Shown: positions 1 through 11,746 of the stretch, piece after piece
How positions within the stretch are numbered: the first letter of the stretch is position 1
How the letters are laid out: each line of letters opens with the position of its first letter
Source: Alloascoidea hylecoeti
Taxonomy: Eukaryota
Reading direction: 5' to 3'
NCBI GenBank assembly: GCA_001600815.1
Contig: BCKZ01000009.1
Coordinates: 646,194 to 710,193 of the forward strand
DNA length: 64,000 bases
Position numbers and translations under genes: made by a program
Notes under the pieces: generated by a model
Database searches by the model: none
What the model was told of the DNA's origin: nothing
What the model saw: the letters and a program-made list of their open reading frames with translations, nothing else

Positions 1-1931
1 ATACTTTTAATTTGCATTGCAATTTCATATAAAACGAATTCACGTTCTTTAATTTTAACTCTATTAACTTGATTTTTACTAAAAGTTAATAATTCAGTTA
101 AAATATGTAATAATAATTCACCACTTCTAAAAATTAATTTTAATGATTGTCTTATTTTTGTTTGATCTCTTTCAGCCATTGCAATTGCAGTCATTCCTAA
201 TATACCATTTAATGGAGTTCTTAATTCATGACTTATATTTGCAATGAATACAGTTTTTGCTTCATTTGCAGATTCAGCTTGAACTTTAGCTAATTCTAAT
301 TCTCTTGTTCGTTCTTTTACTCGATCTTCTAAATGAGTATATTGTTTATATAATTCATCAGTCATTAAATTATAAGTATCAGTTAAATCAGATAATTCAT
401 CACGAAAAAAGACATTTGATTGTGGGATTCTTTCAGGTATTTTGAAATCTTCAGCAGTATCAGAAAAAGTGCTATATCTTTTATTTTGATTAAATGAATC
501 AGAATTTTGAATTTTTGATTTCCTTCGACGAAATAAATTATGAAAGAAATGATTTGATGAATGATTTGGTAAACGACTTTCGGGATCAATACCAGTTACA
601 ATTATTTTTTCAATTTCATTTGAAAGATTATCATTATCATTTACATTGTCATGTAAAGAATTATCATTATCATTTGAAGGATCAGGAACATTTTTTGAAT
701 TTGCACTTAATTTTCGATGTAAAGTAGTTTGTTCAGTAGCTTCTCTTAATTTTGAAATTGGTCTTACAGCAAAATGAGCAATTGGGAAAGTTATTAAACA
801 CATAAAACCAGCAACACCTAAAACACAACCAATTATTAAATTTCTTAAACTTACAGAAGGTTGATTAAATTGTTTCATTTTTTGTTCAACTAATATACCC
901 CATGCAGATATTCCAACTTCAGATTGGGAATAACCAGTCGCTACTTTTGTATTGAAAGGATTAACAACGTTTTTAATTGTATTGGGGGAAGATTTTGAAA
1001 GTAATGATTGATAAGCGGGAGCATAGGTACTTGCGGCATAAGAAGTATCATCAGAGCCAAATACATAATCAAAATCCCAATCTTCTTGTTCTTCTCTGGA
1101 ACTTTCTTTGGAAGAATTAACAGTAGAGTTGGAGTCATTATAAGAGGAGGAGGACGTAGAAGAATAGGCATTTCCAAAAGTTGAATTTTTAACAGCATAT
1201 AAAAAGATTTGATTATTTGTGTCACTGACAGAAGTTGCATTCATTACCGAGTACAAAGTGGAGGCACTCATTGATACGGTGATGAAACCACCGGGAGTTG
1301 GCTTCCCCACGGCATTCGATACGTTTAAAGTGATGGGAGCAGTGACTGACATTATATATGAACGATAGTCGGGAGAACCAGACAGATATGGGTCCAAATC
1401 GTTTGTTGAGTTGAGACACGGGCCGGAGACCAAATAACTTGTTTGAAGAGCACTCCAGGTTGTGTTAGGGTTCTTGCCGACGGGAAACAGTTGGGTTTGG
1501 ATGGAGGATGAAGAATATCCACCAGTCAGGTTGTTGCTCAGTTGGATGACATTTTTCAGGGAACGGGAATAAACCCGAACTTCGAGGTAGGTGATGGAGG
1601 AGGATAAGTACTGCTGGATGGAACTTTTGGCGGACGAAAACACATCGCTGGAACGGTCGCCGGCGTAGTAGCGAGCGAGGGCCTGTTGGAGAACGTCCTT
1701 CCCGGCCAGCCAGCGGACCTGGTAGAACAGCGACTGGAGAGCCTGTTCCATCTGGGAGGCCTTGAGCTGGGCGATGACTTCCAGCCGTTCAGCTCTCAGG
1801 GCCAGCACGTTGTTGGAGTTGTATACGCCCGTGACGATGGCGAGGATCATCAGCGACAACAGCACCGTGGTACAGACCAAACCGATCAGCTGCTGCCGGA
1901 TTCCCAGCCGGATTCCCAACGGTATCCTCAT
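1..1931 (-). CDS. SLN1: Sln1-type hybrid histidine kinase osmosensor, 5' part (runs off the window start)
   Basis: Manual translation from ATG 1931 (MRIPLGIRLGIRQQLIGLVCTTVLLSLMILAIV) gives an open frame with two hydrophobic TM segments, a DELSDLTDTYNLMTDEL coiled region and the HisKA H-box ANISHELRTPLNGILG. It is absent from the ORF track because there is no stop inside the window. Confidence 0.9.
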   Translation of the reverse strand, partial: MRIPLGIRLGIRQQLIGLVCTTVLLSLMILAIVTGVYNSNNVLALRAERLEVIAQLKASQMEQALQSLFYQVRWLAGKDVLQQALARYYAGDRSSDVFSSAKSSIQQYLSSSITYLEVRVYSRSLKNVIQLSNNLTGGYSSSSIQTQLFPVGKNPNTTWSALQTSYLVSGPCLNSTNDLDPYLSGSPDYRSYIMSVTAPITLNVSNAVGKPTPGGFITVSMSASTLYSVMNATSVSDTNNQIFLYAVKNSTFGNAYSSTSSSSYNDSNSTVNSSKESSREEQEDWDFDYVFGSDDTSYAASTYAPAYQSLLSKSSPNTIKNVVNPFNTKVATGYSQSEVGISAWGILVEQKMKQFNQPSVSLRNLIIGCVLGVAGFMCLITFPIAHFAVRPISKLREATEQTTLHRKLSANSKNVPDPSNDNDNSLHDNVNDNDNLSNEIEKIIVTGIDPESRLPNHSSNHFFHNLFRRRKSKIQNSDSFNQNKRYSTFSDTAEDFKIPERIPQSNVFFRDELSDLTDTYNLMTDELYKQYTHLEDRVKERTRELELAKVQAESANEAKTVFIANISHELRTPLNGILGMTAIAMAERDQTKIRQSLKLIFRSGELLLHILTELLTFSKNQVNRVKIKEREFVLYEIAMQIKS

Positions 1932-3199
1932 TTGTGTCGTGTATATGGTGTGTGTGTGGAAGTTTCGGTGTGAAAATATTCTGGAATTATTACGTAAAGG
2001 AGCTGGTCGTCTTGAGCTAAACATTCGGCCATTCTGCATACGGAACATGCACCCACGTGGCGGCCTTTTACAACCTGCAACCGAGCCGCACACGCGTCCT
2101 TCCGCAGAGTTGCTTACTTTGCTTAAATGTCTAAAACCCATGCTAGTAAATCTAAAACTTAACTGTCGTACTCTTCTCCACCACGCCAAAAAGCTTCAGA
2201 CACTCGACTAACGGGACATTTGAGATGTTGATGAGTGGTGTATCCAGACGCAGGTTAATTCTACTTTTACGCACTTCTAAGCAAATGTCAATAATAACTA
2301 TTGAACATACGTGAACAGCCAATATGCAGCGACCTTTTTAGATAGATCATCATGAGAAGTGCAAGAAGATCGTTTGCAAGCCGCCTCATGTTCTTGAACC
2401 TCATAGATACTTGGCATAGGCTAAAATTAGCATGCAATCGCAATTGTAGCTCAAGATTCAAATGGTACCGCGTTTGAAATTTGAAATTTAAGTCCTTATG
2501 CGACAAATATACAAGCCATGCAATCTTTACAATGTAGAATTGTAGATGAGCCTGGTTGTACTCTTGGGGATATCGGACGTCCAGGAAGATGCTGGTTCCA
2601 GTGTCGTGTCCTACTCCTAGAGGGGAACTACCACTTCTGTTAATTGCGTCAATGTCATGGGTAATTCTGTCCCGGCCCCCTATGGGTATATTTTTAAATT
2701 AATGTTTATGGCCTAAAATTTTCGGAGATACGGAGGAAAAAGTGGTTCGTTACTTGCTCACAAATTGTCACAATGTGGTTACTACATCATGATTATAGTA
2801 GTGTGTATTCAGTAGCTATTAGAACCGATTATTGAATGTATCAACAATCAATTCCCCTATAAAGGATATGAAAAAACCCTCCTCATCTTAGGTGGTCATG
2901 GATCACATACAAATTCTACTACCATAAGTTTACATGCTACCACGGAGGGCGAAACGTCATTTACAAACAAGAAGTATCAAGCGAATGACGAAATAAGTTA
3001 AAACTAAATTACGTAATATTTGGACAATCATTTTTGGTTTTATATGGCACTCTTGAGTAATCAACAAAGAAGCTGTACGACATTTTGGAGTAATAGTAAC
3101 TTGTTTTAACGGGCACTTCAACATTTTTTGTATAACCTAATAACTTATGGGGTGATTTCGATTCAGTTTGGAAAATGTTCGGTGCCATAGTAAAGAGAA

Positions 3200-3660
3200 A
3201 TGCCAATTGTTCATAAAGTTGGAGGAGGATAAATCTACTGATTCACTAGTTTTGGAAATGAGTATGAGGAGGAATGGTATGGAAGCGTTATGGTGGATGA
3301 ATCACCAAGACAAAAACAGCCCAAATAAAATTCTAGCGGTCACTATATGAATTCAAAATAGAGATAAAGTTTTCTTGATGGTAATTCACTGATAATAATG
3401 TTAAGGCTCCCACATCGGACTAATACTGGTTTCTCTGCATCTATGAAAGCCTAGGTGATCTTAAATCTTCCTATGAAACCCTCGAAGAAGTTGAAGGTTA
3501 GATTAACGAACATCGCTATAACCTAATTGCAATTGAAATTCATAATTTTGATTAAACCGGATTCTACCTTGGGTAAACAGCTAACAGCTGGAAAGTTTTC
3601 ATACTGGATGGCGGATCAAAACAACCACAATTGAGTAGGATACACACAGTTTGATTTCAA
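3200..3660 (+). mobile_element. Degenerate pogo/Fot1-like (DDE_1) transposase fragment
   Basis: Around 3470-3580 the + strand reads YETLEEVEG*INEHRYNLIAIEIHNFD*TGFYLG, resembling the Fot1/pogo motif IYNFDETGF with the Glu codon replaced by TAA. Several stops; boundaries are approximate. Confidence 0.55.
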
Positions 3661-5337
3661 TAGTAATTAAGACTGAATATTGATTACATTAGAAATAAAT
3701 TGCGTAATGGGATAAATAACAGATGATAATAACCAGATAATAATAATTAATTATTATTAACAGAAAATTCATTAACTTTCAGGAAATAAACATGTCTTTA
3801 TATCTAAAACCCCACATAACTTTAGCAATTTTTAATCCTTATTTCACCCTATAAAAAAGGCAAACTTCATCAAGTCAGTTCCTTGAACTATATATAGAAG
3901 TAGGTATGACAGAAAAAAACATCGTGTGTCAGCTTTGCCTTCACTGGTGCACACTCCTTTAATTCATCTAGTGTTGTTCAAGTCGTTAAAACCAACCCAA
4001 AATGATTTAGAATCTTTGGACCAAGGATTACATAGAGCCCTTGAGTCCAACGAATAATGGATGTTCATATGACAAACTAAAAGTCATTGTTGTAATCTGA
4101 CCAGCTATCGCCTAAAAAAGCATTACCTGATACTCGAATTGAAGATCTATGAAATTTCATAAGTTTATATTTTTTATTTATTCTTTCGAAATGTTTGAAA
4201 TTGTGAGTTCTCTCAATCTATTAGCTATAAGATACACCTTATAGGTTAGTTGATACCGATCAACAACCGCATGGACATAACTAAAACATCTTTTAGAAAG
4301 AAAAAAAAAACGAACTTATTTATTGCCAACATAAAAGGTACTCTCATCTTAAATAAGATGCAGGAGAACTTGTGGGGGGTTTTCTTTAAAGATTGTACAA
4401 GCATTTGGCATCGTTTAGTACTTGTTATTCCACTATATGTATATGCGAGGAGCAAAAATTAAACAATGACTTTATAAGTTATAAATGCTATCATCAAGGA
4501 TAATCATGAGGGGGCTATTATGTTTTCTATATGGATTGTTATTAATTTGTCACCTAAACCATATCTATGAATTTATCACCAACTTCCATGAATACATATA
4601 CCGTTAACCCAACGTTTTACAAACTTTTCTGATATTTCTATAATCACCATTGAATAGCTATTTTGTAATAATTTTAATTTAATAGTGATCATCAATGGCT
4701 TTATTATTCGTTTAAAAATAAAAGAAATCAGTTTTTGAGCAGCTGATTGATGAATATTGGCCATGCTGATAGCTTAAAGATTAGCGAAACATCTGGCAGC
4801 ATGATTGAGTAAATATTCGATCACCTTTTGAATTAAATTACCAGCCGTCCCCTTTGCCAACTGAACATTTGGATACTAAAAGTTCAATGCGTATAATATG
4901 AATATGGTTTAGGAAAGAGTGTCCGACAATTTAATTCGCAAGGTGGCCGAATATGTACACAATCGCGTAACCGATATTTAGTCATCAAGTAGGCCGGACA
5001 ATTGCGTATCTCAAGGCCTAAATTTAGTGGAAACATGATATAAATAAGTGACGGTGGAAAATGTAGTAAATATATCTATAGGAAACATGAATATAATGAG
5101 ATAAAATGTATGCGTCTATGTGGCTCCAACTGTTTTGATCGATAACTGGATGAGGATATTAATATCGGATATATCCATAAACTTACCCAGCCAAACAGCC
5201 TTATAGGAAAATAAAAATTATACTGAGAGTGAGACACAAACCCTCAATCGTGCCAAAAACCTTTAGATTTAGTTTATAAACATAATAAATTAAAGAGACC
5301 TTTTACGACTGACTCATTTTCAAGAACAAAAAGATCA

Positions 5338-7263
5338 ATGCAAACAAGGACTCCTATTAGGGATATATATGATAGAGATTCTCCTCATAATCCTCATAAT
5401 ATCTCAAGTTCAACCCGATCCGTAATTTCTAAAGACTATAATTATAAAGATATGAATTTCAATTTCAATAATGAACTTGATAAAAATATAAATTTCACCT
5501 CTAATTATGATATTGTTGATGATAATCATAAACTTGGAAACAAGGACACTTTCATTCCACAACCGAATTCCAACATTTCAAGTAGTTATGTTTGGACGGA
5601 TTTTAAAAATGATTATCTCAAAAGAAATACAAATCTATGGTCTCAAAATTCATCATTTAATACTAATAATAACACAAATACTAATACTAATGATTCTGGA
5701 GATCTTTGGTCATCACAATTTTTATTCTCTTCTCAATATTCATCTAACATAAATAATGATAATAATATTATAATTTCGGAAAATAAACCAATAATGAACC
5801 CTTCTTGGAATAATATGTGGAAATCTCCAACCACACCCACAAAAATCAAAAATCCTAATACAAATATACAATCACAAGAGAATAATATTCCTAATTCATC
5901 TTTTCAATTTACGACATCAATCCCAATATCATCATCAAATATTGAATTACCAAAATCAATATCATCATCTCCAGAATTAGATCCAGAATTATCTTCTTCT
6001 TCTTCTTCTTCAATTTCGATTCCAATTTCAAGAGGCCATTCAAGATTCTTCCCATCTCCGAAATTTATTACTACTTATCATAAAGATTTCGAAAATGATT
6101 CTACATTTAATTTAAATACAAATATAAATACATTTGATGATTTGGAATTTCAATCTCAAATATCGACACAAATATCTGGAACTAAATCTCCATTACAAAA
6201 CAAATCATTACAAAATAAATCAAAAATAAATGATAATATTACAAGAACAACTATTAATCATGGTCTTCCAATTTTATATGAATATGAAGATTTAAATTAT
6301 AATCAAAATTATGGGCATCAAAATAATAATGAAATAAAATCATTAAATTTAAATAATTGGAACTTGAATTCAATTTCCAATTCAAATTCCAATTCAAACT
6401 CAAATTCAAATTCAATTTCAATTTCAAGTTCAAAATCTAATGTTAATATTAATAATATACAAGAAAATATTAATGTTAATTTATTTAAAACTTCCTTTTC
6501 TAATATGTCGTCATCGCCGATTTTAAATAATAAAAACAATAATAAATTATTCAACTCGTCACAAACTCAAAATCAAGATCCAAAACCCAAACCCAAACAG
6601 TTAAAATCACAACCCAAATCAACTAATAAACAATATAATAAAACGTGTAAAAAACTTATCACAAAATCATCTGATATTGATGTTGAATTAAGAAATTATT
6701 TACTTGATAATAATGAACCAGTTGTTAAAATGTGTAATATATCAAATATAAATATAAATGATGATGATGAACAAATAATACAATCGCAGTTCATTGAAAA
6801 TGAACTTCATGATAATGAAAATCCTAATGAAATCTATAATGATAATGATGTCGATAATGACAATGAAATTGATAATGAAATTGATAATGAAAATTACAAT
6901 GATAATGAAAAACTAATCACCAAACTACTGAAAGTGAATGCTAAATTAATCTATCCAATCGGTTTCTCAAACACTGCGTTTATTTTCGGTTCGAATGGTT
7001 TAAAATTTCAAAGAGAAAAGACACTAAAATTAAATAGAAATCAAGTAAAAATACCAATACAGATACCTGGAAATGAACCAATGGAAGCAACTGTATCATT
7101 AAAAGAAGAAATTAGAAATATAAAAGAAAAATCATACATTAATAATAATCATAGCCATAATCATGATTACAAGGAATATAAGCATGGACATTCGAAGAAT
7201 AATCATGATAAAAGCATGGGATATAAGGTTACATATAAACGAAGCAGAGGAACTGGAAGATAA
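5338..7263 (+). CDS. Hypothetical Asn/Ser-rich low-complexity protein, 641 aa
   Basis: Long open ORF in AT-rich DNA with an A at -3 of the ATG. Mostly disordered-looking, with a short ordered-looking C-terminal segment (LIYPIGFSNTAFIFG). No family recognised. Confidence 0.65.
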   Translation: MQTRTPIRDIYDRDSPHNPHNISSSTRSVISKDYNYKDMNFNFNNELDKNINFTSNYDIVDDNHKLGNKDTFIPQPNSNISSSYVWTDFKNDYLKRNTNLWSQNSSFNTNNNTNTNTNDSGDLWSSQFLFSSQYSSNINNDNNIIISENKPIMNPSWNNMWKSPTTPTKIKNPNTNIQSQENNIPNSSFQFTTSIPISSSNIELPKSISSSPELDPELSSSSSSSISIPISRGHSRFFPSPKFITTYHKDFENDSTFNLNTNINTFDDLEFQSQISTQISGTKSPLQNKSLQNKSKINDNITRTTINHGLPILYEYEDLNYNQNYGHQNNNEIKSLNLNNWNLNSISNSNSNSNSNSNSISISSSKSNVNINNIQENINVNLFKTSFSNMSSSPILNNKNNNKLFNSSQTQNQDPKPKPKQLKSQPKSTNKQYNKTCKKLITKSSDIDVELRNYLLDNNEPVVKMCNISNININDDDEQIIQSQFIENELHDNENPNEIYNDNDVDNDNEIDNEIDNENYNDNEKLITKLLKVNAKLIYPIGFSNTAFIFGSNGLKFQREKTLKLNRNQVKIPIQIPGNEPMEATVSLKEEIRNIKEKSYINNNHSHNHDYKEYKHGHSKNNHDKSMGYKVTYKRSRGTGR

Positions 7264-7291
7264 TCGTGAAGAGTACTTTTAACTAACTATT

Positions 7292-7355
7292 TATTACATA
7301 TATATAAACTTATTACATATATATAAACTTATTACCTATATCTTATAAACTATTA
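7292..7355. repeat. Short tandem repeat, about 19-bp unit (TTATTACATATATATAAAC) x3, third copy degenerate
   Basis: Seen directly just downstream of the 5338 ORF stop codon. Confidence 0.7.
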
Positions 7356-7676
7356 GATATTGCAGAGTAACCGTTTTTCGTCCCAGGGAGGAAAAATAAG
7401 GGTCTGATACTCCTGATATACGGTGTTACCCTGTCTCTGTCAGGCATCACATATCTTCTTGAATTTGTACTTCTTATTTTCAAAGTTTCAAACAAACACC
7501 TCTTATATTTGATTTTTATCTTTTATTTCATCTTCTATTTTATCTTTGACCTCACTGAATTTTGGACTATAGATAATATATAAATAACGTTGGCTTTCAG
7601 TGGAAATTTTCGAGATTCGTATGCATTACCAACACAGCCTCAAAAAACGGTGACAAATATATAATTTACGAATATA

Positions 7677-9560
7677 ATGTCTATAAATGTTTCCCAGTTC
7701 ATCATGGATTATCTGGGAGATTACAACCCCGAATTTTTTTCCAAGTTAGGGAACTGCACCGGATATTTTCTTCCATATGGATCCTTATCAGCATCGGCCT
7801 ATGGGAAGGACTATGCAGGGTCTCTATACCCAGTCAATTTGAATGTCACCCTCAATCTTCCTGCCATCTACATCAAGAATTGTACAGATGAACTTACCCG
7901 ACAAGCTTTGACAGATATGTTGATTGATATTAAAAATTGGGATTTGGTACGTGATCCTACACATGGAAACTTACTTACTATTTCAGTAGCTGCCTGTTCT
8001 GCTACCGTCACTGGTTGGTTATTATTTATCCTGTTATTTACATCAAAACAAAAAAGACCATTTTTCATACATTTAACCACTTTATTTGCTGCTATATGTT
8101 TAACAGTAATATTATATGATATTTCATATATTACTCAACTTCAATATTATAGTAATTTCCGTGAAGCAATGGAAATTCATCGTGAAATTACTAGTAGTAT
8201 CAAATATCAAATACTAGGTGTTTTTTCATCTTTTTTACTTTGGCTAGCTCAAATACAGATATTAATTCGTTTATATTTACCAGGTACTAAAATTTATAAA
8301 TATATTGTTATTATTGGTTCAATATTGGCAATTTCTAACGAAATGTTTTGGTGTATACGATACTTTTTAAAAGGGACTTTGTTAGGGATTTCCGGAGAAG
8401 GTGATGAACTATTATTAAGTATATTAATCTATGCAACTCAAATTACTTTACATATAAGTTTTATGGGTTTATTATTATTATATTCCTTTAGAAAATGGAG
8501 ATTTGCTTATCATAAAAGAGCAATTCCAATAGCTTTGATGTCTTTAATAACAATAGCATCACCATTTATATTTTTCATTGTTGTTATTAGTGATATAGAT
8601 TTTTCTTCATGGGCTGATTTAATAAGATGGATAAGTGAAGTCGCTACTTGTGTTGTCGCATGGGAATGGATAAATATAATCAAAAAATTTGAAGATGATC
8701 ATATTAAAAGTGGTGTATTAGGAAGAAGAATTAACCATCCAAAAAGTGAAAATCTTGATTTTAGTCCATGGGATGATTTTAAAAAGAAAAATACAATGTC
8801 AACAATTTCTGAACTTCATCTTCATCATGGTGATTTAGATGTTAATAACAATAATAATATTAATGATGATAATAATAATAGTGATGATAATAATAATAGT
8901 GATGATACTTCTAAAGCTGATGCTAAAACTGTCACTAACAAATCATTGGGTTACACCGGAATTCCAAAATTATGGAATAAGTTTACATATAATTTTATGG
9001 AAGTATTGGAAAATAATTCTCCAATTATCAAAAATAAACAAAAAAGTAATGCTACTACTGCATTTGCTAATATGGGAAGATCAGCATCAAAGATAATACT
9101 AAATGGATGTTCAGGGAAACATTCTCCGAAAAAACAAATTCCAACGTTTACACATCCAACGGTTAGAATGGGATCTTTATCAAGCACTCGAAATACATCG
9201 TCAAGATCAACATCAAATTCCAATATTGATGATAATGATATATATCAAGTTCCTAATGTTGGCTCTAATCAATATTTCCCAAGACAACAACAAAAACATG
9301 AAACCATGATTCTCGGTCATGAAATAGATACCAATTCGATCAACATTGACATGGACGATGAATTACCTAGATTCGAGAGAATCTCGGGTTTTAACTATGG
9401 CGATTATTGGGATGATAAACCTCCTATACCCCAAATACAGACCTTACAACAAGCTCATTTATCTAATTCAGATAATCCAATACATGATGATCATGATATA
9501 GCTACTACTAGTGTCCAAGTGCCATTTGTCAGGCAGAATCAACATCAAAATACTCAATAA
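7677..9560 (+). CDS. PalH/Rim21/Dfg16-family 7-TM ambient pH sensor
   Basis: Multiple TM segments, WLAQIQILIRL, VVAWEWINII...KSGVLGRRI and a C-terminal GDYWDDK, all typical of PalH-family proteins. Confidence 0.85.
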   Translation: MSINVSQFIMDYLGDYNPEFFSKLGNCTGYFLPYGSLSASAYGKDYAGSLYPVNLNVTLNLPAIYIKNCTDELTRQALTDMLIDIKNWDLVRDPTHGNLLTISVAACSATVTGWLLFILLFTSKQKRPFFIHLTTLFAAICLTVILYDISYITQLQYYSNFREAMEIHREITSSIKYQILGVFSSFLLWLAQIQILIRLYLPGTKIYKYIVIIGSILAISNEMFWCIRYFLKGTLLGISGEGDELLLSILIYATQITLHISFMGLLLLYSFRKWRFAYHKRAIPIALMSLITIASPFIFFIVVISDIDFSSWADLIRWISEVATCVVAWEWINIIKKFEDDHIKSGVLGRRINHPKSENLDFSPWDDFKKKNTMSTISELHLHHGDLDVNNNNNINDDNNNSDDNNNSDDTSKADAKTVTNKSLGYTGIPKLWNKFTYNFMEVLENNSPIIKNKQKSNATTAFANMGRSASKIILNGCSGKHSPKKQIPTFTHPTVRMGSLSSTRNTSSRSTSNSNIDDNDIYQVPNVGSNQYFPRQQQKHETMILGHEIDTNSINIDMDDELPRFERISGFNYGDYWDDKPPIPQIQTLQQAHLSNSDNPIHDDHDIATTSVQVPFVRQNQHQNTQ

Positions 9561-10039
9561 CTATTATTCAGGTAATACTAGTTACCTTATTTTTATTTTA
9601 TAGTTTACATCTCTTTCTGTCTTGGTTTTGATTAATTTTGGGTGTGTACCAATATCTCAGGAAACATGATCATGTTTATATTGTTCTATTGATTTCGTAT
9701 CTCTGTTCATACATATGGCTTGTAATAAAATTAACTAATTAATGTAAAAATATTAAATCAACCCTATACAATCATTTTCCTCCCCTTTCAACTCTCAACT
9801 TCTTTAAAATTTTCATATATAACCCTCTCAGGTCAATCTTAAAATTAATATATCTGATCTATCGCAACATTAGACTAACCGGTTTTGGCGTTCTTTAAAT
9901 TGAATGAAAAACGAAACTTTATTAATAATTATTACTTACATACATGTGGTTATTATAAGATATAAGCTTATATTTAAATCTATTTACAATATTTGATGCC
10001 GTTATACAATATATAATTATAATGAATAAGTAAGTCTTA

Positions 10040-11293
10040 TTATCTTCTAGTTTCCTCGGAGCTATCACTATCAGGCAATTCAAACATCGTCGCAATTTTA
10101 TCAGCAATTTTATTTGAATTTTCATCATTCTCATTTAATTCTCGTACTCGTTTATTCTCCAAATTTCTTCGTAGTAAGATCTCTGCTGGATCTTGATCTG
10201 GTTCAACCCATTCAAATCCATAACCACCGTTTATCCAGTATTCTTTTAATTCTAACTCACTATCTGGTTCGACACCTAACATTAATCTTTGTTGGACATT
10301 ATTATCTACATCTATTGAACAATAACCACCATCATTTCCATTGAAACTAAAATATTTCCCATCCATTTCAACAATCTTAGCGACCATTTTCATTTCATCT
10401 GAATGTTGATACCAATAGTTTTGTTTTGCTTCTGGAGCCCATTTAATATATGATCCATTACCTGCTAGTTTACCACCAGCGGCAACAGAACCAATAATAC
10501 CCATATTTGCAAAATAAGCTGCTAACATGGCATCAATGCCAAAAATATTAGTAGGAGCAGGGAAAAAAATAGATGATCTTAATATTAAATCAACAAGTGC
10601 AATTAATCCTCCTGTACCCATGATGCCATATTTCACAAAACGAAAATACTGTGCTTTTTTAAATTTAAGATATTTTGAAGAAGCCGTTGTTAAATCTATA
10701 AGTTTAAAAGCAGATTTAAAATCACCATTATATACAAAATGACGAAATGGAACCATCGCTGTTTCTTTTGGAATAACACGTCTTCGATTTTTTTTATCAA
10801 AAGCTTTAATTATTGTCTCAATATTTTTCAAATTCGGGTTTGATGTCATTAGAATGAAAACATCATGAATTAATTTTGGTGTTATTGTTGTGTTTTCACT
10901 GTTTGTAATCTTGGAAATCAATTCAGTTATAATTGAAGTTGCTTCTGGATCTTTTGTACCTTGTTTGATTTTTTCTTCCAATGACAAACATGCTTTTAAA
11001 GCTTCTAAGGTTGCCGATACCGTTTGTTCTGTTTCTAAAAAATTTTCAATACGAACGGAAAGTGTAGAAGCATTAAATGGCTCTTCAACAAAAGGATCTC
11101 TATGTTGTCTTCTATGTGGTATTTCTTGTGGTCTTGTTTTGACAGAATAAAGCCTGGTAGGTTGGATTGATGAAACGGATCGTTGAAACAAGACTCTGTT
11201 TTGCTTAATTGTTTTAAACCCTAGATTCAAGGATTGTAGTCGCTGAACTTTCAATGGTGTTATCACGGACCTATTTGCTGATGTTCGGTACAT
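10040..11293 (-). CDS. Probable mitochondrial membrane protein of unknown function
   Basis: 417-aa ORF with an Arg/Ser-rich presequence-like N-terminus, two hydrophobic segments and a conserved-looking C-terminal GYGFEWVEPDQDPAE motif. Confidence 0.75.
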   Translation of the reverse strand: MYRTSANRSVITPLKVQRLQSLNLGFKTIKQNRVLFQRSVSSIQPTRLYSVKTRPQEIPHRRQHRDPFVEEPFNASTLSVRIENFLETEQTVSATLEALKACLSLEEKIKQGTKDPEATSIITELISKITNSENTTITPKLIHDVFILMTSNPNLKNIETIIKAFDKKNRRRVIPKETAMVPFRHFVYNGDFKSAFKLIDLTTASSKYLKFKKAQYFRFVKYGIMGTGGLIALVDLILRSSIFFPAPTNIFGIDAMLAAYFANMGIIGSVAAGGKLAGNGSYIKWAPEAKQNYWYQHSDEMKMVAKIVEMDGKYFSFNGNDGGYCSIDVDNNVQQRLMLGVEPDSELELKEYWINGGYGFEWVEPDQDPAEILLRRNLENKRVRELNENDENSNKIADKIATMFELPDSDSSEETRR

Positions 11294-11621
11294 TTTAGAA
11301 ATTTAAAGTGAGCAGCGGTTGGAAGTTGTAAGTTATGATTATAACTTCCTAACTTTCAGAGAGGGTCAAAATTTTGGTGTATTAAATTATGTAAAAGTTT
11401 CAAGCAAGATCTCTAGTTACAGTTACAACGACTTATAATGCCATTGAATGATACCTTAACTTGGTCTATATAACGTTTAATGTTTCTTTTGCATTCAGCT
11501 ATTCTAATATTTTTTTTTTTTCAGGTGGCCATTAAGGCTCTATATTAAACTGCTTTATCTATAAATACTATACAATATTCCAATTTCGTGAATTTTATTT
11601 TTTTCAAAATAATAAAAAATA

Positions 11622-11693
11622 TGAATGATAGGAGAATCGAACCCCTGTCACTTGCTTGGAAGGCAAGTATGATAACCACTACACTAATCATCC
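11622..11693 (-). tRNA. tRNA-Gly(TCC), intronless
   Basis: GGATGATTAGTGTAGTGGTTATCATACTTGCCTTCCAAGCAAGTGACAGGGGTTCGATTCTCCTATCATTCA: acceptor stem GGATGAT/ATCATTC, A box, anticodon stem CTTGC/GCAAG with TCC, GGTTCGATTC B box, and a T-run terminator downstream. Confidence 0.95.
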
Positions 11694-11746
11694 CAATAAT
11701 TGTTTGTGTAAAGTAAGCTACTAACCACTTAATAGCTTACAATAGA

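Noticed and set aside
941..1419. Apparent fragmentation or frameshift of SLN1 suggested by short ORFs in the track
   Set aside because: Manual translation shows the frame from ATG 1931 stays open through this region. The short ORFs are alternate-frame artefacts.
3009..3206. ORF with FVDYSRV resembling the Ty3 reverse transcriptase CVDYR motif
   Set aside because: No other RT motifs are nearby, and the opposite strand better matches a pogo-like relic.
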